Part shown: in pieces, positions 59,411-64,000 of the stretch
Position numbering within the stretch: the stretch's first letter is position 1
Layout: each line of letters starts with the position of its first letter
Assembly (NCBI GenBank): GCA_965227095.1
Contig: CBDDFL010000002.1
Location: 1,235,025-1,299,024, forward strand
From: Alphaproteobacteria bacterium
GTDB taxonomy: Bacteria > Pseudomonadota > Alphaproteobacteria > JANQMY01
Length of the DNA: 64,000 bases
Direction of reading: 5' to 3'
Notes under the pieces: generated by a model
Databases searched by the model: none
Told to the model about the DNA's origin: nothing
The model's input: the letters and a program-made list of their open reading frames with translations, nothing else
Position numbers and translations under genes: made by a program

Positions 59411-60211
59411 ATGCCGCAGAAAGAACCAGCAACACCAGTGCCATCGTCCACTGTGCTTGTTTTGCGAGACGGGGACGGGCCCGTGCCGCTGGAAGTGTTC
59501 ATGGTTGTTCGGCATCACCAGATCGATTTCGCGTCGGGGGCTTTGGTGTTTCCCGGCGGCAAGGCGGATACATCCGATTTCGATCCGGACTGGAAAAACC
59601 ATGTGCGCCACGCCGATGAATTTGACGACTACAGTCTCGGCATCCGGGTCGCTGCTATTCGGGAAGCATTTGAGGAATCCGGCATTCTGCTAGCCCGCAA
59701 TCCGGATTGTGAAGATCTGATCGATGCCAACCAATTGGCAAGCTACGATAAGCAACGCGATGCCTTGAATGCGCGCGAGCTTGATTTTTTGGACTTCATT
59801 CGCACGGAAGGGCTGAAGCTCGCGTCGCACCAGATGCAACCCTTTGCCCATTGGATCACGCCAAAGATGATGCCAAAGCGGTTTGATACGCATTTCTTTT
59901 TAGCCGCTTGGCCGGAAGGGCAGGTTGGCGTGCATGATGGTTCTGAATCGGTCGATTCAGTTTGGATTTCACCTCGTCAGGCAATCAAAGAAGCCGAAGA
60001 CGGGAAACGTACCATTATATTTCCTACGCTGATGAACTTGGAAATGCTTGCGCAAAGCGAGACGGTGGCAGACGCTTTTGCGGCTGCGCGGGAGCGTACG
60101 ATCGTGACAGTGGAGCCAAAACTTGTGGATCGGGACGGCGCTAAGGTGTTGTCGATTCCTGCCGAGGCGGGTTACAGCGTAACGGAACGGCCAATCGACC
60201 AGATGGCTTAA
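59411..60211 (+). CDS. NUDIX hydrolase
   Basis: NUDIX box GIRVAAIREAFEESGIL (GX5EX7REUXEEXGU). Confidence 0.8.
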   Translation: MPQKEPATPVPSSTVLVLRDGDGPVPLEVFMVVRHHQIDFASGALVFPGGKADTSDFDPDWKNHVRHADEFDDYSLGIRVAAIREAFEESGILLARNPDCEDLIDANQLASYDKQRDALNARELDFLDFIRTEGLKLASHQMQPFAHWITPKMMPKRFDTHFFLAAWPEGQVGVHDGSESVDSVWISPRQAIKEAEDGKRTIIFPTLMNLEMLAQSETVADAFAAARERTIVTVEPKLVDRDGAKVLSIPAEAGYSVTERPIDQMA

Positions 60212-60645
60212 CCCGCTGCGCTCATTTTGGTCTCGACAAGATCCTGAAGATTGTCGGCGATTTCTTTACCCACCGGGTCGTCCGCGTGTTTGATACCGCC
60301 CTGAATGATCGCCCGGATAGCGTCAACATGGGCATTAATAAGGTCAAGGGACGGTTCTTCGGTGAGAACCTGCTGCGTGAGCGTGGAGAGGGTGGCGGCG
60401 ACCCGCGCAGCAAGCGGGTAGCCATATGTCGTGCTTGACCCCTTCATATCGTGGGCGACAACATGGAGTGCTTCGATCGCGACGTCGTTGATGCCGCCAT
60501 CAAGGATTTTGTTGCGGGCGTCGAGCAGGCGTTCCAATTCGTCTTTCATCCAGGCATCGAAGTTTTCCGATAGTCCTTCCATCGCTTCTTCGCCGCGTTT
60601 GATCAGATCTGCCGCATCTAAAGTCATCTTCATTTTGCCCGTCAT
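60208..60645 (-). CDS. Hpt (histidine phosphotransfer) domain protein
   Basis: HVVAHDMKGSSTTYG Hpt motif (HxxKG). The start at 60645 is chosen because of an upstream AAAAGG element. Overlaps the NUDIX stop by 4 nt on the opposite strand. Confidence 0.65.
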   Translation of the reverse strand: MTGKMKMTLDAADLIKRGEEAMEGLSENFDAWMKDELERLLDARNKILDGGINDVAIEALHVVAHDMKGSSTTYGYPLAARVAATLSTLTQQVLTEEPSLDLINAHVDAIRAIIQGGIKHADDPVGKEIADNLQDLVETKMSAAG

Positions 60646-60803
60646 GGGAAGGACCTTTTGAGCCGTTTGGTCTGCCCCGGTTGCACCACACTGTTTGACC
60701 CCATCTAGGCAGAGACTTTGCCCGAATAACGTCACCAGATTGATCATGATTATCGGTCAATTCGCCTTAATTTTGGCTAAAGCCAGAAATGGCGGAGTGG
60801 TAT

Positions 60804-61790
60804 CTAGTTGGTTTGGATACGGATTAAATATTTATTTACCATGCCAAACACGATCGGTGCGAAGATAATCACCATCATGATGCGCAAAACATGCATGGTC
60901 GACACAAAAGCGGTATCGACGCCGGTCGACAGCGCGATGAGCGACATTTCCGTAAGTCCTCCGGGGACGAAGGACAGCAAAATACCCTGCTGATCGAGGC
61001 TTACTAGGGGGGCGAGCAAAAAGGCGGCGATTACTGCGGCAACGATCATCAGGATGCCGGAGGTCACGGACAGAAAGGCTGCTTTCCGCAAGAACCCCCA
61101 AGACATGCCGGAAAAGCGGCAACCAATGGCTGCCCCCACAACCACTTGTGCCATGGCGATCAATTCGTTCGGCGGGGTGCTGCTGGAAATTCCCATGAGA
61201 TGAACCGTGGCGCTCAGCACCATAGGCCCCAGAAGGGCCGTGGCCGGCAGAGGAAGGGGGCGGAAAATCAAAAAGCCCAACACCGCGCAGACTAACAGGG
61301 TAAAGCCCTCCAAACCGCCAATGTTTAACAGGCTCGTTCCAGTCGGGGGTAAAGACGGGACGTCATATCCCAGGACCATTCGGAAATAGAAGGGGATTGT
61401 GCTGACCACCAGCAGTATACGGACGGCATGAACCAGGGTAATGATCCGTACGTCGCCGCCATACTCTTCCCCAACGATCGCCATTTCGCTGATACCGCCC
61501 GGGGTGCTGGCGAAATAGGCGGTGGTTTTGTCCAGCCCACCCCATTTCCAAAAGAACAAAAAGGATAAGGCATTCGTAGCCACCACGAAGACGACCAACA
61601 ACACCACAAACACGGCCCATCCCGGAATTTGCGAGCTAAGCTCCGGTGTGAAGGCGGCGCCCAACAACACGCCCAGAATGGTGATCATCGCCAGGCGCAA
61701 ATTCGGGGGGATCGCGGTTTGACGCCCCGCCACCGTGAACACGGTGGTCGCCATCATCGCCCCCAGCATCCAGGCAAGCGGTGCTTGCAT
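60804..61790 (-). CDS. AbrB-duplication (putative ammonia-monooxygenase-like, COG3180) membrane protein
   Basis: Duplicated PGGISEMAI / PGGLTEMSL motifs. ~10 TM. The 5' end is uncertain because the tracked ORF overlaps nadK; the first in-frame ATG past the nadK stop is 61790. Confidence 0.65.
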   Translation of the reverse strand: MQAPLAWMLGAMMATTVFTVAGRQTAIPPNLRLAMITILGVLLGAAFTPELSSQIPGWAVFVVLLVVFVVATNALSFLFFWKWGGLDKTTAYFASTPGGISEMAIVGEEYGGDVRIITLVHAVRILLVVSTIPFYFRMVLGYDVPSLPPTGTSLLNIGGLEGFTLLVCAVLGFLIFRPLPLPATALLGPMVLSATVHLMGISSSTPPNELIAMAQVVVGAAIGCRFSGMSWGFLRKAAFLSVTSGILMIVAAVIAAFLLAPLVSLDQQGILLSFVPGGLTEMSLIALSTGVDTAFVSTMHVLRIMMVIIFAPIVFGMVNKYLIRIQTN

Positions 61791-61866
61791 ATAGGCGAAT
61801 AGGGCGCCACCACAGCTTGCAATCGCGAGAGTGGTTGCGTGAACGCCCCAGTGGGGCGTGTCGCCG

Positions 61867-62643
61867 TCAGTAGACAAATTGTTCCGCGAGAATGCGCTCG
61901 TCCAGATTATGTCCCGCATCGAACAGCATTTGAATCGAGATCGAGCGGTCTTCCGTCGCGTCCACGCGGATGACATTTCGAAATTCGGTGTAGTCCGCAA
62001 CGGCGCTAACGGGACGTTTGTCGGCTTCCAATATTTCAAACTGGACCCGCGCCCGTCTGGGCAATAGGGCACCCCGCCAACGCCGGGGGCGGAAGGCGCT
62101 GATGGGCGTCAGCGCCAGCAAAGCGGCATCAATCGGAAGGATCGGTCCGTGAGCGGACAGGTTATATGCCGTGCTGCCGGCCGGGGTGGAGATCAGAATG
62201 CCATCGCAAATCAATTCCGCCATGCGTTCGCGGTCGTCCACAATGATACGCACCTTGGCCGCTTGCCGGGTTTCCCTCAACAGGGACACCTCGTTGATCG
62301 CAAGTGCCTCATGGGAATGACCGTCTGCGGTGACGGCGTTCATGCGCAATGGGTGGATGATGGCGGTTTCGGCTTTGTTAAGCCGGTCGGGCAGCCCATC
62401 TAAATCGAATTCATTCATCAAGAAGCCCACCGATCCTCGGTTCATGCCATAGATCGGGATTTTGCGGTCCATGTTTTCGTGCAAGGTCTGCAACATGAAG
62501 CCGTCCCCCCCCAGGGTGACAATCACGTCTGCATCATCCAATGCGGCATTACCGAACTTGCCGACAAGGGCGTCTTGCGCTTCCTGTGCTTCGGCAACAG
62601 GACTGGCGGCGAAATGAATGTTTGAAAATCGGGGGGCGGACAT
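61867..62643 (-). CDS. nadK: NAD+ kinase
   Basis: GGDGFML and NRGSVGFL motifs of NadK. Confidence 0.9.
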   Translation of the reverse strand: MSAPRFSNIHFAASPVAEAQEAQDALVGKFGNAALDDADVIVTLGGDGFMLQTLHENMDRKIPIYGMNRGSVGFLMNEFDLDGLPDRLNKAETAIIHPLRMNAVTADGHSHEALAINEVSLLRETRQAAKVRIIVDDRERMAELICDGILISTPAGSTAYNLSAHGPILPIDAALLALTPISAFRPRRWRGALLPRRARVQFEILEADKRPVSAVADYTEFRNVIRVDATEDRSISIQMLFDAGHNLDERILAEQFVY

Positions 62644-62822
62644 GTGACGGTCAATCGGGGTGTTTTAAGGAATCGCTATGACGGCTCATGAGCGATTTAT
62701 ATCCCGCCGCCCGCCAGGGGTCCAGCAAGGCGGTGGGCCCGCACCTTGCGCGCCGGGTGTGCTTCAATGCCAAGTGCACATCCCTTTGGGTATGTTATGG
62801 TGGGCAAAAAGGGGTAGGCCGC

Positions 62823-63368
62823 ATGATACGTTCAACACTGATTTTCCTGTTCGCCTTGGGACTGTCGGGCGCCGCGTGGAGCCAGGAAGAAGCGTCCACA
62901 CAACCTGCCGCCGAGACGCCTGAAGTTCAGGTGGCCGCGGATGAGGCGCCGTCCGGCAAACCCGGACATGAAGGCTATTACTACCCCGCCATCACCAGCA
63001 AAGAGACCTATGTGGCCCGGGCGCGCCTTAACGAGGAAATCAGGCGCGACAACCGCATTCGGTTTGTGACGGAACTGACGGCGCTTCAATCTCGCGCGGC
63101 TTATGCGCCGCAATATGCCGTGTTTGCCAAAGGATCAGATGCGCAAAAGCTTATTATCGTCGCGCTGAATGACGAGGTGTTTGGCAGTTTGTATCGGGCC
63201 CGCGGTGTGCTGGCCCAGCTCACGGCCTTCTCCCGGCGCACGCCCTTCTTTGTGGAGAACAGCGTCGACGACATTTTCACGTTTTTCGACTTGTTGCGTT
63301 ATCTCGGGTTCGAGCGGCTCACCATTTCCGATGGGAAGACCTTCTCGCACCAAGTGGATTTCGAATAG
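62823..63368 (+). CDS. Secreted hypothetical protein
   Basis: ATG at 62823 follows AAAAGGGG. Clear signal peptide (MIRSTLIFLFALGLSGAAWSQ). The upstream 45 codons of the tracked ORF are improbable. Confidence 0.5.
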   Translation: MIRSTLIFLFALGLSGAAWSQEEASTQPAAETPEVQVAADEAPSGKPGHEGYYYPAITSKETYVARARLNEEIRRDNRIRFVTELTALQSRAAYAPQYAVFAKGSDAQKLIIVALNDEVFGSLYRARGVLAQLTAFSRRTPFFVENSVDDIFTFFDLLRYLGFERLTISDGKTFSHQVDFE

Positions 63369-63371
63369 ACC

Positions 63372-64000
63372 TTACCCGCCGGTAACAGACATGTGCCGCT
63401 TCACCGCCGGTTGATTGCGCCGGCGATCTATCACGAAATCATGGCCCTTGGGTTTGCGTCCAATGGCCTCGTCGATCGCCTGCATCAGCAGGTCATTGTC
63501 GGCGCTGTCACGCAGCGGTTTACGCAAATCGGCGGCATCTTCTTGGCCTAAGCACATGTAAAGCGTGCCGGTGCAGGTGAGGCGCACGCGGTTGCAGCTT
63601 TCACAGAAATTGTGGGTCAGTGGGGTGATGAAACCCAGACGTCCGCCTGTTTCCTCCACACGTACGTAACGGGCCGGGCCGCCGGTACGGTCAGGCAAGT
63701 CGGTCAAATTCCAGTATTGGGCAAGCTCTGCGCGGACCGCGGACAACGGCAAATATTGATCCGTCCGGTCGCCATCAATATCGCCCAGCGGCATGGTTTC
63801 GATCAGGGTAAAGTCCATGTCCCGTTCATGGGCCCAGGAGATCATGTGAGGGATTTCATGGGCATTGACGCTCTTCAGCGCGACCGCATTGATTTTGATT
63901 TTCAGGCCGGCGTCTTGGGCGGCATCAATGCCTTCCAGCACTTGGTCCAGACGGCCCCATCGCGTGATTTCCTTGAACCGGTCCGGGTCCAGCGTATCCA
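63372..64000 (-). CDS. moaA: GTP 3',8-cyclase MoaA (C-terminal part; 5' end beyond window)
   Basis: C-terminal MoaA [4Fe-4S] motif [11 protein letters not shown] and GTP-binding tail. The ORF runs off the right edge. Confidence 0.85.
   Translation of the reverse strand, partial: DTLDPDRFKEITRWGRLDQVLEGIDAAQDAGLKIKINAVALKSVNAHEIPHMISWAHERDMDFTLIETMPLGDIDGDRTDQYLPLSAVRAELAQYWNLTDLPDRTGGPARYVRVEETGGRLGFITPLTHNFCESCNRVRLTCTGTLYMCLGQEDAADLRKPLRDSADNDLLMQAIDEAIGRKPKGHDFVIDRRRNQPAVKRHMSVTGG

Noticed and set aside
62688-62822. Long N-terminal extension of the ORF at 62688
   Set aside because: Improbable Cys/Arg-rich translation. A strong signal peptide begins at the internal ATG at 62823, which has an SD-like AAAAGGGG.

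Overview
This 64 kb window is GC-rich (roughly 58% by eye) and gene-dense on both strands. Gene content points to an alphaproteobacterial chromosome, possibly a marine, TonB-receptor-rich lineage. I can support about 60 protein-coding genes. I found no rRNA, no tRNA, no CRISPR array and no transposase or integrase. Content is mostly catabolic and housekeeping. It includes a GMC oxidoreductase, an acoABC acetoin-dehydrogenase operon with the fused lipoyl/alpha-beta-hydrolase E2, two family III CoA-transferases, two acyl-CoA dehydrogenases, several SDRs, an amidase, a nitronate monooxygenase and a Rieske ferredoxin. There are two TonB-dependent receptors, one preceded by a TetR regulator, plus a MarR regulator. 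Envelope and proteolysis genes include a BTLCP cysteine peptidase and two rhomboids. Signalling genes include a CheY-like receiver, an Hpt protein, a degenerate EAL protein and a Tyr phosphatase. Also present are cbpA-cbpM, rtcB, nadK and a truncated moaA at the right edge. Four loci look under-described. First, a tandem-AAA ATPase sits upstream of a translationally coupled ABM monooxygenase and NodU/CmcH carbamoyltransferase. Second, a ~980 aa highly divergent PEP-carboxylase-family protein has altered catalytic-loop motifs. Third, a large polytopic membrane protein carries two Ca-binding DxDGDG loops and is divergent from a Tyr phosphatase. Fourth, a DUF2157-like membrane protein is coupled to a GDYxxLxY protein. 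At the sequence level there is an unusual terminator/anti-terminator-like arrangement in the rtcB leader and a family of long intergenic extended palindromes sharing a CGTCAT terminus. All functional calls rest on motif recognition by eye. No database search was possible.
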